Positions 34,697 to 43,953 of a stretch of 64,000 nt of DNA are shown one piece after another. Both the position numbers and the translations under genes were made by a program. The first letter of the stretch is position 1. Every line of letters starts with the position of its first letter. The notes below the pieces were generated by a model. That model saw nothing but the letters and a program-made list of their open reading frames with translations. It made no database searches and had not been told where the DNA came from. The stretch covers positions 8,135-72,134 of the forward strand of contig CALJHE010000022.1 of the NCBI GenBank assembly GCA_938075675.1, in the 5' to 3' direction. The stretch is from Candidatus Poseidoniaceae archaeon (GTDB taxonomy: Archaea; Thermoplasmatota; Poseidoniia; Poseidoniales; Poseidoniaceae).

Positions 34697-34802
34697 GCTA
34701 CAAAATTCATGAGTGTGCATTTATACTTCTGTTTTCATGAATATTGTTTTTCTAAACCAGACGAGTTGTTCCTAAAAGCAGCACAGAGGTGCAGTATTGG
34801 TT

Positions 34803-35441
34803 TCACAGTCCTTTAGGAGTACGCCATGGAGAATCTTCAAGCAGCGCCAAATCATCTTCTGGCATTCCAACTCTCATGCGCGAAAAGGGGACTTGGGTCG
34901 ATGATTTGGGTGCATTTGCTTTTTTCTTAGCAAAGTATTCTCCACCTTTCTTACGAACAATCGTTTCACCGACTGCAAACAAGATCAACATCGATGAGAG
35001 AAGGATATGCCCCTCAAGTGAATACGCAGCGAAGGGCTGAATGTAGAGGGTTTGTTGAGTAAGAATGCCCGGGTCAGCATTCGTTTTCACGATGTACGTT
35101 CCAGGCGTGAGTTCGCCGTTCCAATCCGGCGTTGCATCACCCAGTTCGCCAGCCCATTGTGCAACAACCTGCCCTTGATTATCGATGATTTCCCAACCAA
35201 TGGAGCCGTCGTCCACGGAGAGCGCTTCAAATTCGAATTCAAAAGACGAAGGCATGGACTTGTCTTGCCCAAAAACGCCACCGAGAGTAACGGTTCTGTC
35301 TTCGATGGCGTGGTCGTAATCATTGATTTCATACGGCGCTGCATTATCGGAAATACCACCCCAAAGGGAATTGACAAGCAACAGGGCAATAGGCCACAAA
35401 ATTGTGTTAAGACGTGCCCTGTCCATATCTGCTGATTCCAC
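34803..35441 (-). CDS. bitopic membrane protein with extracytoplasmic beta-rich domain
   Basis: N-terminal signal-anchor, C-terminal TM followed by KKGGEYFAKKK tail. Confidence 0.35.
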   Translation of the reverse strand: MESADMDRARLNTILWPIALLLVNSLWGGISDNAAPYEINDYDHAIEDRTVTLGGVFGQDKSMPSSFEFEFEALSVDDGSIGWEIIDNQGQVVAQWAGELGDATPDWNGELTPGTYIVKTNADPGILTQQTLYIQPFAAYSLEGHILLSSMLILFAVGETIVRKKGGEYFAKKKANAPKSSTQVPFSRMRVGMPEDDLALLEDSPWRTPKGL

Positions 35442-35464
35442 TAATAGGTTTTAGCAGTATGTTT

Positions 35465-36214
35465 TCAACTGCGTATCGAATTTCCAAATCCTAACTCGGT
35501 TACGATGCGTCTCATCCATTCGAGTTTCTGCATCTTGATTGAGGGCGTTGTCGTTGCAGACCAAACCCCAACCTTCTGCGTTGAAAAGCCAATTAGCTCA
35601 ATGTTTTCAGGAGTCACCCCCATCGACAAAACGAAGCACAATGCTCGGTCACCGTCCGTAAATCCTCCAAAATTATACACTCCAGTGAGTTCTTTGGTAA
35701 CTTGGTGAGAAAGAACAAGTGAAGGCGGGGTTGAATGTTCTTGCCACCTCTGAAGTATTCCGCTCCATCGATTCATGTTATCGCCGTGAGCATGAGCAAG
35801 AATGGTCTGACCTGCTTCTGCAGCTCGGTCAAGGTGTTCGGCACCATCGAAATCTGAGACCACACATGCTAGGCGATCGTAGGTCTCAAGCACACCCACC
35901 GCTCCATCAGCGGCGACAAATACAACTTGTGTGCCCTCGAATCTTCGAAGTTCAGAGGGTTCGACTGCTGCTCCAAGAAGAACGACTCGCTCAGCGTTAA
36001 CCAGTTCATTGCGAAGCCGTGTAAGCGTCAACTCTCTCATTACGGGTGACCAGAGAGAATGTTTTGCCAAAGAGTGTTGCAAAAGCTCAGCACTTTCAAC
36101 ATCATCATCCTCGGACCACCCAAACGCTTCCCGCACTTCAGACTGGACTGAGAAAACACTCGGTATGGGGGCCAGGTGCATGCACTGTGCAACGCCTTCG
36201 CCCACATGAACCAT
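35465..36214 (-). CDS. hypothetical protein, DUF115/MptE-like or thiamine-pyrophosphokinase-like
   Basis: VVSDFDG...HAHGDN motifs reminiscent of pyrophosphokinase families; weak. Confidence 0.3.
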   Translation of the reverse strand: MVHVGEGVAQCMHLAPIPSVFSVQSEVREAFGWSEDDDVESAELLQHSLAKHSLWSPVMRELTLTRLRNELVNAERVVLLGAAVEPSELRRFEGTQVVFVAADGAVGVLETYDRLACVVSDFDGAEHLDRAAEAGQTILAHAHGDNMNRWSGILQRWQEHSTPPSLVLSHQVTKELTGVYNFGGFTDGDRALCFVLSMGVTPENIELIGFSTQKVGVWSATTTPSIKMQKLEWMRRIVTELGFGNSIRS

Positions 36215-36257
36215 CCGTTCACTTTGTTGAAGTTCTTATGCAGTTGAAGCACGTGGG

Positions 36258-37514
36258 ATGGACATGCCCGTCCCAAGAACGCTCCCCGCGCTCGTGGACG
36301 AGGTGACGTTTGCTCGCTACCCTTTTCTACCGCAAGCAGGCGATTGGATACGAGGGATGGCCGTTCAACACGGCATCGATTTGGACGAATTACTCGATGG
36401 CGCTTGGATGGAAAAAGCCCGTTCTCGTGCGCGAATCCGCCTCATTGATTCCATACAGTCTAAGGAAGGTGTTGAGGTCGTAGGTGGAGACTTATTCACA
36501 GAAGAAGGGCGAATCATTGAAGCATTCTCATTCTATTACGCTCGCTTAGTGGTTTGTGCTTCTGAAGACGAGCGTTTGATTGCTCGATGGGCGCAAGCAG
36601 AGGCTGCCCGGGCCGAACAAGTGCTCATCAAAGACCACAAAAATCTCGATGTCATCGCTCGAACATACATCGCCAATATCCAGCGAACTGAAAGTCAAAG
36701 TCCATCAGCAATTGCAGGCCCTTCACAAAATTATGGAGGGGCACTGCAACAACAACGTCGCTCCTCCACAGGGCCGCTGTGGAAAATTGGGTTGAGTGAC
36801 TTTATCGAAATCTGTCCCAAGATTACCGGTTCTCGTTGGAGACTCCCAAACTGCGATGTTCGCGATGGATGGGTTACTCTTTTCGAAGAGCCCCAGTACG
36901 GCTCTTCAGCGAAACTTTCTCGACTGCTTCGTGAACGAATAAAGGCAGGCGTTGAGCAAGAGGCTTTGGAAAAAATGGGCGAAATCACCATGGATTTAGC
37001 GGTACGACTGGCTGAGCCGGTTGGCATGGTTCGTAATTTAATGGCGAACAAGGCAACTGAAGCAATTGCATTGGTGGGCGCCGATGAAACCGATTGGCCG
37101 CCATGCATGAGAAAAGCAGTGGCTGAGTTGGCGAACGGCGTCAACTTGAACCATTTCGGGCGCCTCTTCCTCGCATCAATGGCTGCGACTCTTGCGCTTC
37201 CCAAAGAATCGTGTGTGGCCTTCTTTAGGGGCGCTCCCGACTTCAGCGAAAGTACAACATCATACCAAGTTGACCACGTCTATCAACATGCATACACCCC
37301 TTCTGGGTGTGGCAAACTCAAGGTAAACCACAACTGCCCCGTTCTTCCTGGAGACGACCGGTTGTGTGACCAGCCTTGGCTCGATCATCCACTCAAGTAC
37401 ATTCGAGCAACTCAGCGCTGGAAAGCCAAAAATAAGCAGGCTGAGGCACAAGCAATTGCTCTTGTCAGCAATCAAAATGGGTCCGAAGATAAGGCTGAAG
37501 ATTCATCTGAATAA
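36258..37514 (+). CDS. priL: DNA primase large subunit PriL
   Basis: C-terminal Fe-S domain with PPCMRKA ... HFGRLFLASM ... CGKLKVNHNCP ... C cysteine pattern typical of archaeal/eukaryotic primase large subunit. Confidence 0.7.
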   Translation: MDMPVPRTLPALVDEVTFARYPFLPQAGDWIRGMAVQHGIDLDELLDGAWMEKARSRARIRLIDSIQSKEGVEVVGGDLFTEEGRIIEAFSFYYARLVVCASEDERLIARWAQAEAARAEQVLIKDHKNLDVIARTYIANIQRTESQSPSAIAGPSQNYGGALQQQRRSSTGPLWKIGLSDFIEICPKITGSRWRLPNCDVRDGWVTLFEEPQYGSSAKLSRLLRERIKAGVEQEALEKMGEITMDLAVRLAEPVGMVRNLMANKATEAIALVGADETDWPPCMRKAVAELANGVNLNHFGRLFLASMAATLALPKESCVAFFRGAPDFSESTTSYQVDHVYQHAYTPSGCGKLKVNHNCPVLPGDDRLCDQPWLDHPLKYIRATQRWKAKNKQAEAQAIALVSNQNGSEDKAEDSSE

Positions 37515-37575
37515 TGGGCATTCGCGCGAAGACTTTGAAACATGTGAGTGGTTAGCATCTACCAACCACCGGTGA

Positions 37576-38700
37576 ATGTCAATGACTCGAACACTTGTTT
37601 TAACCGTCGACCGAGATAATGACCTCGGCGTTAAGACTGGAATTCGTGGACCGGTCGTCGGTCGCCGTCAAGTAATGGCTGCAGCCCTAAAACTTGGAAT
37701 CGCAGACCCTGAAGAAAGCGATACAAATGCAATTCTTGGAGCGTTATCTCAGCACGACAACCTCGCTGAAAACAATGCAGAAGAGGAAGAAGTGGAAATT
37801 GCAATCCTTACGGGGGATGAAAAAGTCGGGATTCGCTCTGACCGAGCGGTTGCTGCCCAATTGGAAGAAGTCGTGGCAGCATTCCAGCCAGACAAAGCAA
37901 TCCTGGTTACCGACGGTGCAGAGGATGAATCTGTTCTTCCGATTATACAATCTCAAGTTCGCATAGACCACGTTGAGAAAATCATAGTGAAGCAATCAAA
38001 GGGTATCGAAGGAACCTACTATTACATCGTGAAAGCACTTGAAGATCCAAAGTGGAGAGCGAAGATTATGATTCCAGTTGGGCTTGTAATGGCGCTGTTT
38101 GGGCTTGGAATCATGCTGCCAAATGAAATCGGTGGAATTGTCATCGGTGGACTGCCGCTTGTTACTGGATTGTACTTACTAAGTAAGGGCGCTGGAATTG
38201 AAACGACCGTTAACAAAGTGATTCAAGAAATGCGAGACAATGCCGATGCTGCAATGTTCTCATCGCTTTTGTGGACGGCAACCTTGTTTAGCGCCATTTT
38301 CGCTGTAGCTGAAGGCTACCGTGAATACAGTGCTCAAATTCTTTCTGAGAGTTCATCCGTTGTATGGCTTGAAGTCGTTCATTCTGCCCTCGCATGGATC
38401 GTTATCGCCTTCTTGACCTCGACTGCCGGATTCATGTTGCTGCGATTGAAGCGGGGTTCGTTTTCTGGCCGGCTGTTGGTACTCGGTATCTTTGGTATGG
38501 TCGTTTACTCATTCGTCGACACCGCTCTGGACATTGCAATCCGTGTTCTGCTTGGCGAGTCCTATGAATTCAGCGTCTCAGTCATCATTGACGATTTGCA
38601 GTACCCAATGATTTGGGTTGTTGTGTTGTGGATGGCAATGACCATTGTTCGTTCGCTAAGAACCCGTCAAGCGCAGACTGAGCGCTACTGGGGAATCTGA
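37576..38700 (+). CDS. DUF373-family archaeal membrane protein
   Basis: N-terminal cytoplasmic LVLTVDRDNDLGVKTGIRGPVVGR motif followed by ~7 TM helices. Confidence 0.45.
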   Translation: MSMTRTLVLTVDRDNDLGVKTGIRGPVVGRRQVMAAALKLGIADPEESDTNAILGALSQHDNLAENNAEEEEVEIAILTGDEKVGIRSDRAVAAQLEEVVAAFQPDKAILVTDGAEDESVLPIIQSQVRIDHVEKIIVKQSKGIEGTYYYIVKALEDPKWRAKIMIPVGLVMALFGLGIMLPNEIGGIVIGGLPLVTGLYLLSKGAGIETTVNKVIQEMRDNADAAMFSSLLWTATLFSAIFAVAEGYREYSAQILSESSSVVWLEVVHSALAWIVIAFLTSTAGFMLLRLKRGSFSGRLLVLGIFGMVVYSFVDTALDIAIRVLLGESYEFSVSVIIDDLQYPMIWVVVLWMAMTIVRSLRTRQAQTERYWGI

Positions 38701-38701
38701 T

Positions 38702-39184
38702 TCACAGGATGAACTTCGGCATCTTTCTGGCCATTGTATTGTGGCCTACAACACCAATGAGAGCACCCTTTGCATCGACTACACCGATTTGATTCAAGTC
38801 GTGAGCGAGCATCAATGCGCCTGCTTTGAGAAGTGGGGTGCTTTCGTTAACAGTAATTGGTGGTTGGTTGACCAGTTGCTGTGCAGGAATCCCATGCATC
38901 CACGCAATATCCCTGTTGACGGTTTTTCGAGCGATGATTTTCAAAACATCAACGGCGTGAATTCTTCCTTGTGGAGCCCCTTCACTGTCAATCACAAAGA
39001 TGTGGTCCCAGTTGTTTTCTGTCAGGCTGTCAATCACTTCGACCATCGAACTGTCATCCCAAATCCAATGCGGTTGAGTCATTGTCTCGCCGCACGTAAT
39101 CGAACGAGCTGTAGCAGAACGCTCACTTGCAGTCATTCGAGATAGAACGGCGCGGGTAAACTTTCGCGGTTTGGATTGTGGCAT
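38702..39184 (-). CDS. CBS-domain pair protein
   Basis: two CBS-like units (VIDSLTENNWDHIFVIDSEG...; LAHDLNQIGVVDAKGALIGVV); start trimmed from longer ORF, uncertain. Confidence 0.5.
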   Translation of the reverse strand: MPQSKPRKFTRAVLSRMTASERSATARSITCGETMTQPHWIWDDSSMVEVIDSLTENNWDHIFVIDSEGAPQGRIHAVDVLKIIARKTVNRDIAWMHGIPAQQLVNQPPITVNESTPLLKAGALMLAHDLNQIGVVDAKGALIGVVGHNTMARKMPKFIL

Positions 39185-39343
39185 CTTCAAGACTCCCTTA
39201 TTCCGCCGGCGCACGCGCTTCACTTTCAAGGGTTTCGACGACATGTTGTCTTCCACATCCAAGTCTTGGCTTTCCGGCATCCGGCGTAATCGGCCGACAC
39301 AATATAAGTGAACAATCAAGACACATGTGTTCGTGTGGTGAGC

Positions 39344-39766
39344 ATGGCAGGTGTCCCGGAGCATGTTCTCGCCGCACTACGCGCACTCTCAGGTTACGAG
39401 CAAATGCTGGAAATGGACCGGATAATGGGTCAATTCGGCATAAGCGAGGCCGAGTTGTTGGCATTGTTACAACCGAACGGTGTCGGAACTGTACCAGCGC
39501 CGGCCCAAACTCAGCCCTACAATCCATCGGCACCGTTTGTACCGGGAGTCAAGGAAGCACCAACACTTCCGCCACCGGTGGCAGTTTTGGATAAATCAAA
39601 ACTACGATTTGAATACGACCCTTCTCAAGAGGCTGCTCAGCGTCGCGCATCAATTGCCCAAGCCATCGCCTGCCCAGGGTGCGGGGCTGCTCTAGGAATT
39701 CCAGATGTACGACCAATCAAAGTCATCTGCCCGCAATGTCTTCAAGAAACGGTATTCGGTGCTTAA
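39344..39766 (+). CDS. small protein with C-terminal zinc ribbon
   Basis: CPGCG...CPQC pair at C-terminus; N-terminal helical region; start trimmed to MAGVPEH. Confidence 0.4.
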   Translation: MAGVPEHVLAALRALSGYEQMLEMDRIMGQFGISEAELLALLQPNGVGTVPAPAQTQPYNPSAPFVPGVKEAPTLPPPVAVLDKSKLRFEYDPSQEAAQRRASIAQAIACPGCGAALGIPDVRPIKVICPQCLQETVFGA

Positions 39767-39803
39767 TCGCTGAATTGATGAGGGTGAGTGTGGAGGGTCG
39801 GTC

Positions 39804-40613
39804 ATGGAGAACGCTTCACCTCGACTTTGGACATATACTCCATCCAATTCACCGGTTGCTCTACCAAAAGAGCCTCTGTTTTTCAATTCCAGCGAATTGC
39901 TCACATTACGATTCCCAGACAACACTCCACAAGAAATCCTATCTGGGAAAAATCTACAGGAGTACTGTTCGTCCTTCGTATCTGAAAAAGGAACTGTTGA
40001 TGAATTGTTATCGCTTCATGAAAGTCCCCCTATGGCTCAACGTAGGCCATTTTTGCTGCTTGGAGAGCTTGCGAACCCCTATCGCTTACAAGACATTGGA
40101 GTCGGCCCAATGCCGATTTTAACGGTTCGAATCACCGATTTATGCCGCACCTATGCTGATGCTCTTGACAACAGAGAAGTCGTACCAGGCGTGCATCACA
40201 TCACGCTCGCTCGAACTGAAGGTTGGTGGGAAAAGTCCCATGTTGGAATGGCAACCGTTGAACAGATGAAACACATGGTCGCCTGGCTTGACCAAGGTCG
40301 AAAAGGGACTTGGAAGCCCGTTCGCCCGGCTGAAGGTGGACTTTATTTCGAAACACAACAAATCAACCCACCGAGTCCCGAAGAGATCCAATGGGACGGA
40401 CATAGAGAGGTTGTTGATTCATCACCTCCGGAAGTCACTGGCCCCCAAATCGATTTGAAAACGGTCATGGTGCCCGTGCACACGAATTACGGCTGCTACG
40501 ATAACCGTGGAAGGTTTGCACGGTGTGCCCATATTAGTCAGCGTGATTTTCATGACAACATGTTCCGTCGCGGGTCATCTAAAAAGTGGAATGACATTCT
40601 CGATATATGTTGA
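39804..40613 (+). CDS. hypothetical protein
   Basis: 269-aa ORF with normal codon usage, no recognisable motif. Confidence 0.35.
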   Translation: MENASPRLWTYTPSNSPVALPKEPLFFNSSELLTLRFPDNTPQEILSGKNLQEYCSSFVSEKGTVDELLSLHESPPMAQRRPFLLLGELANPYRLQDIGVGPMPILTVRITDLCRTYADALDNREVVPGVHHITLARTEGWWEKSHVGMATVEQMKHMVAWLDQGRKGTWKPVRPAEGGLYFETQQINPPSPEEIQWDGHREVVDSSPPEVTGPQIDLKTVMVPVHTNYGCYDNRGRFARCAHISQRDFHDNMFRRGSSKKWNDILDIC

Positions 40614-40686
40614 GGAACAATCTGTCAGGATGGGGGCCCATGGCACTCCCACGCCGCATTGTTATAATGTGGAGAACAAATTATAC

Positions 40687-40947
40687 ATGGGAACTATGAA
40701 AGGAATTGGCGTACAAAAACAGGCTCGACTTAACCGATTGAAAAATGAGATTGTTGAATATGTATCATCTCAACCGCAGTGTTCAGCTGCAGATATTGTT
40801 GATCATCTTTCAAATGAACGTAAAATGCGTAACCACGGCCTAACTGCGCGTAAGGTCGGTTTCTTCATACCGAGATATCTTTCAGAGATGATCGGTTTCA
40901 CGCTCGACCATTCCACAGGTAAGCGACTTTACCATCTTGCTGCTTAA
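40687..40947 (+). CDS. small (86 aa) winged-helix-like protein in AT-rich islet
   Basis: basic helical protein (KQARLNRLKNEIVEYV...IVDHLSNERKMRNHGLTARKV); local GC ~40% vs ~52% flanking; start uncertain (40630/40687/40696). Confidence 0.3.
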   Translation: MGTMKGIGVQKQARLNRLKNEIVEYVSSQPQCSAADIVDHLSNERKMRNHGLTARKVGFFIPRYLSEMIGFTLDHSTGKRLYHLAA

Positions 40948-40989
40948 AATCAACACTAAGTTCATGCGAGGGAGTCGACTGCATCAACC

Positions 40990-41697
40990 ATGGAATGGCC
41001 GGATGCGCTGCCCTCGGCAATGGAACTGTTTCCATCGATGTTTCATGATTCCACTCCTGTAGGCCCCTGTCCATCACTCCCTACCACTGATGCGGTTTTT
41101 TCCATCTTGCAGCCTGAACACCCGAATGGCTTGAAGGCGCAACTGACTAAACTTGTCACCTCTTTCGCTGCCTCTCCCCAAAACCCAACCCTTTGTGGAG
41201 CAACAATCGATGAATCCGCCGGGCCGGTCATCGTTGAACAGAGTGCGCGTATTGAGCCTGGTTCACACCTTATCGGTCCGTGTTATGTTGGCCACCATGC
41301 CGAAATACGGCACGCAGCCTATGTTCGCCAATTTTCTTGGATCTGTTCCAAAGCAGTGGTCGGCCATGCATCAGAAACCAAACACTCGATTCTTCTACCG
41401 GGGGCTAAAGCACCGCACTTCAATTATGTCGGCGATTCGATACTCGGGACTGGGGTGAACCTTGGAGCAGGTACAAAAATCAGCAATCTGCGGAACGATG
41501 GCGGAGAAGTCCATCTCCGATTGGACGGAGCAAGAGTTGGGAGTGGGCTAAGAAAATTCGGCGCAATTCTTGGCGAACGTTGTCAACTCGGTTGCAACAG
41601 CGTCACAAACCCTGGCGTCATTCTCGGTTGCGATTCACAAGTTCATCCAAACACAACGGTCACTGGAGTCTATTCAGCTGGGTCTCGACATGGGTGA
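40990..41697 (+). CDS. left-handed beta-helix (hexapeptide-repeat) acyltransferase-like protein
   Basis: hexapeptide repeats (IGPCYVGHHAEI, VGDSILGTGVNLGAGTKISN, CQLGCNSVTNPGVILG). Confidence 0.6.
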   Translation: MEWPDALPSAMELFPSMFHDSTPVGPCPSLPTTDAVFSILQPEHPNGLKAQLTKLVTSFAASPQNPTLCGATIDESAGPVIVEQSARIEPGSHLIGPCYVGHHAEIRHAAYVRQFSWICSKAVVGHASETKHSILLPGAKAPHFNYVGDSILGTGVNLGAGTKISNLRNDGGEVHLRLDGARVGSGLRKFGAILGERCQLGCNSVTNPGVILGCDSQVHPNTTVTGVYSAGSRHG

Positions 41698-41701
41698 GCA
41701 T

Positions 41702-43330
41702 ATGGTTCAACGCTTGTTCGGAACCGATGGTATACGCGGAAAAATAGCACCTGCTGCACTCAACGAGAAAACAGCGCTTACCGCACTGCATGAGAGGAGA
41801 AGTGTATGCCCGACCCTCATGCGACTTGTTGGTGAAGCATTAGGTCATCTCATCGATACACTACCAGGGGGGGGTGAACATGTTGTCATTGGTTGGGATC
41901 AACGACCCGGCAACAAAGAATTGGTCGAAGGCATCACATTGGGATTGCGGTTGGCAGGATGTGAGGTGACGCACATCGGTGTGTGTGCTACTCCTGCACT
42001 GCATTATGCTGTTTTGTGGCACAAAGCTCGAATGGGCTGCATGATGACTGCAAGCCATAATCCTGCTACCGATTCTGGAATCAAAGTCTTTGATTCAAAC
42101 GGCTACAAGACATCTCCAGCACTCGAAGATGAAATCTCATCGATCGCTTATGCGCTGAGTGAAGAGGAACGGGAAATTGACCAAATTGACATTCGAGAAC
42201 TCTCGCAGCCCAGCAAAACTGCCATCGAAAACTGGGCGGATAAGCACCATTCTGAATGGTTGACCACTCGATTTGCTTTGCTCAAGCGATTGTTTGGTAT
42301 CAAAGAAGAAGTTTACCCGTTCTTACAACAACCACTGATGCTTGATTCTTCGAAGGGTTCGGGCAGCACATGGCTGGCAAATTGGCTTTCTGAAAATGGA
42401 ATCCATGCTGTGGAAATCAGCCAAGACGCTATGGAATTGAACATGAATTGCGGGGCTGGAGATTTCTCTCCAACTGCAACATGGACCTTCGAACAGGCGG
42501 CACAGTCCGACCACCTTTTACTCAAACAACTCAAACCGGCAGCTCCGGGGACCGTTGTTGGTGCTGCACTCGACGGCGATGGAGACCGATGTTTAATCGT
42601 TGAAGCGACTGAACATGGCTACAAAATCATTGATGGTGATGCGATGGCGGACACCATTGCGGTTGCAGGCCACCGTCAATCAGCCGAATGGATTGTGGCA
42701 GCAAGTATCGAATCGGATTTGGCACTTCTTTCATCGATGAATCGACTTTCCCCCGCAACCAAAACGATTGAGACGGCAGTCGGCGACCGTTGGCTCTCTC
42801 ATGCGTTGCGTGAACATCTTTCTGAGACGGATAACATGCCTGCGATGATTGGAGTCGAGGATTCTGGACACGCTGTATTGCCTTCGCCTCACCCCCATTC
42901 AAGCGGCGATTGGAGTTTGGTTGGCGACGGAGCGGGCACGCTGATTTCATACCTCTTAGCGCGCAGCGTTGCCGATGAAAAATCGCTCATGAACCGTGGA
43001 TGGAAGCAGCGTGAATCGGTGAAAAGGGTCAACCGCGCTCTTTGGGATGGAATGAATCAACTTTCAGACGAAGTCGAGCACTTAGCCAAGACTCATTTTG
43101 AATCGTGCGGCCGAGTTACACAATGGCAGAGAAAAAGGCTCGAAGGTGAAGCAAACCTCATGCTAATCGAAGCACATATCGATGACCAGTTACTGTCGCT
43201 TGGAATCCGCAACAGTGGCACTCAAGACAAGATAAGCGTCTCACTACGTCTCGAGGCTGGGATGGAGCACGAAAAGGTGTCCGAAGTTCTTCCGTTACTT
43301 ACCCGGCATCTTGCTGAAGCGATGCGATGA
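41702..43330 (+). CDS. phosphohexomutase (phosphoglucosamine/phosphomannomutase family)
   Basis: FGTDGIRG N-terminus, active-site MMTASHNPATDSGIKV; start 5 nt after upstream stop; N-extension of ORF rejected. Confidence 0.75.
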   Translation: MVQRLFGTDGIRGKIAPAALNEKTALTALHERRSVCPTLMRLVGEALGHLIDTLPGGGEHVVIGWDQRPGNKELVEGITLGLRLAGCEVTHIGVCATPALHYAVLWHKARMGCMMTASHNPATDSGIKVFDSNGYKTSPALEDEISSIAYALSEEEREIDQIDIRELSQPSKTAIENWADKHHSEWLTTRFALLKRLFGIKEEVYPFLQQPLMLDSSKGSGSTWLANWLSENGIHAVEISQDAMELNMNCGAGDFSPTATWTFEQAAQSDHLLLKQLKPAAPGTVVGAALDGDGDRCLIVEATEHGYKIIDGDAMADTIAVAGHRQSAEWIVAASIESDLALLSSMNRLSPATKTIETAVGDRWLSHALREHLSETDNMPAMIGVEDSGHAVLPSPHPHSSGDWSLVGDGAGTLISYLLARSVADEKSLMNRGWKQRESVKRVNRALWDGMNQLSDEVEHLAKTHFESCGRVTQWQRKRLEGEANLMLIEAHIDDQLLSLGIRNSGTQDKISVSLRLEAGMEHEKVSEVLPLLTRHLAEAMR

Positions 43331-43894
43331 TCATCCTTGTCGGCCTTCGATTGCAGAACTCAACAGAGCCACGGCAGCGATAACTCGGCGGTCCAATGGA
43401 TGTCCAGGGGGGATTGTGATCTGCGTTCTCTTAATCAGAGGATTGAATCTCTGCTGCATGAGAATTTCTGGCTGTCCAGCGACCTCAAAGTGATACTTTG
43501 CCGGGATAAGAGGGATGAAACGTCGTAGTATGGCAATGCTATCTTCAACAAAGGATGCGTAAGGATTTCCAGCAGGGTCATTGATAACCCATGAATCTTT
43601 GAGAATGGACTTCAGTGCTTGGCGCTTAGCAGAGCCAAGGTTTGTACCGTCTTGAGGGCTGAAAATGTCGTAGGTGGTTGCAAGGTCGAACATGGATCGA
43701 GCCTTGATTTGTACCAATGGAACTGTGCAAGATTCGTCGGTATACAAGACGATGTCTTCCTTTAATTTGAAGCGCTTTTGCTTTGAGTAAGCGACGACGT
43801 TGCCCTCCAAATCTTCGAAGTAAAACGCGCCACCGAAAATTCTGAGAAGTTTGGTTCTGATGACGTAGTTATCCATTTCAAAGAGTTGGCTCAT
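43331..43894 (-). CDS. Tubby C-terminal-like / LURP-one-related (DUF567) family protein (tentative)
   Basis: YVIRTKLLRIFGGAFYFEDLEGNVVAY...DIVLYTDESCTV pattern resembles LOR/scramblase-like fold; low confidence. Confidence 0.3.
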   Translation of the reverse strand: MSQLFEMDNYVIRTKLLRIFGGAFYFEDLEGNVVAYSKQKRFKLKEDIVLYTDESCTVPLVQIKARSMFDLATTYDIFSPQDGTNLGSAKRQALKSILKDSWVINDPAGNPYASFVEDSIAILRRFIPLIPAKYHFEVAGQPEILMQQRFNPLIKRTQITIPPGHPLDRRVIAAVALLSSAIEGRQG

Positions 43895-43953
43895 GGTAAC
43901 GACTTTAGCGACGAGTATTTACTGCTTTCCCCGTCAGACCAACTTTCATTCAA

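Noticed and set aside
41570-41701. N-terminal 44-codon extension of the phosphohexomutase ORF
   Set aside because: It overlaps the 3' end of the LbH gene in another frame. The conserved mutase N-terminus (LFGTDGIRG) begins right after Met 41702.
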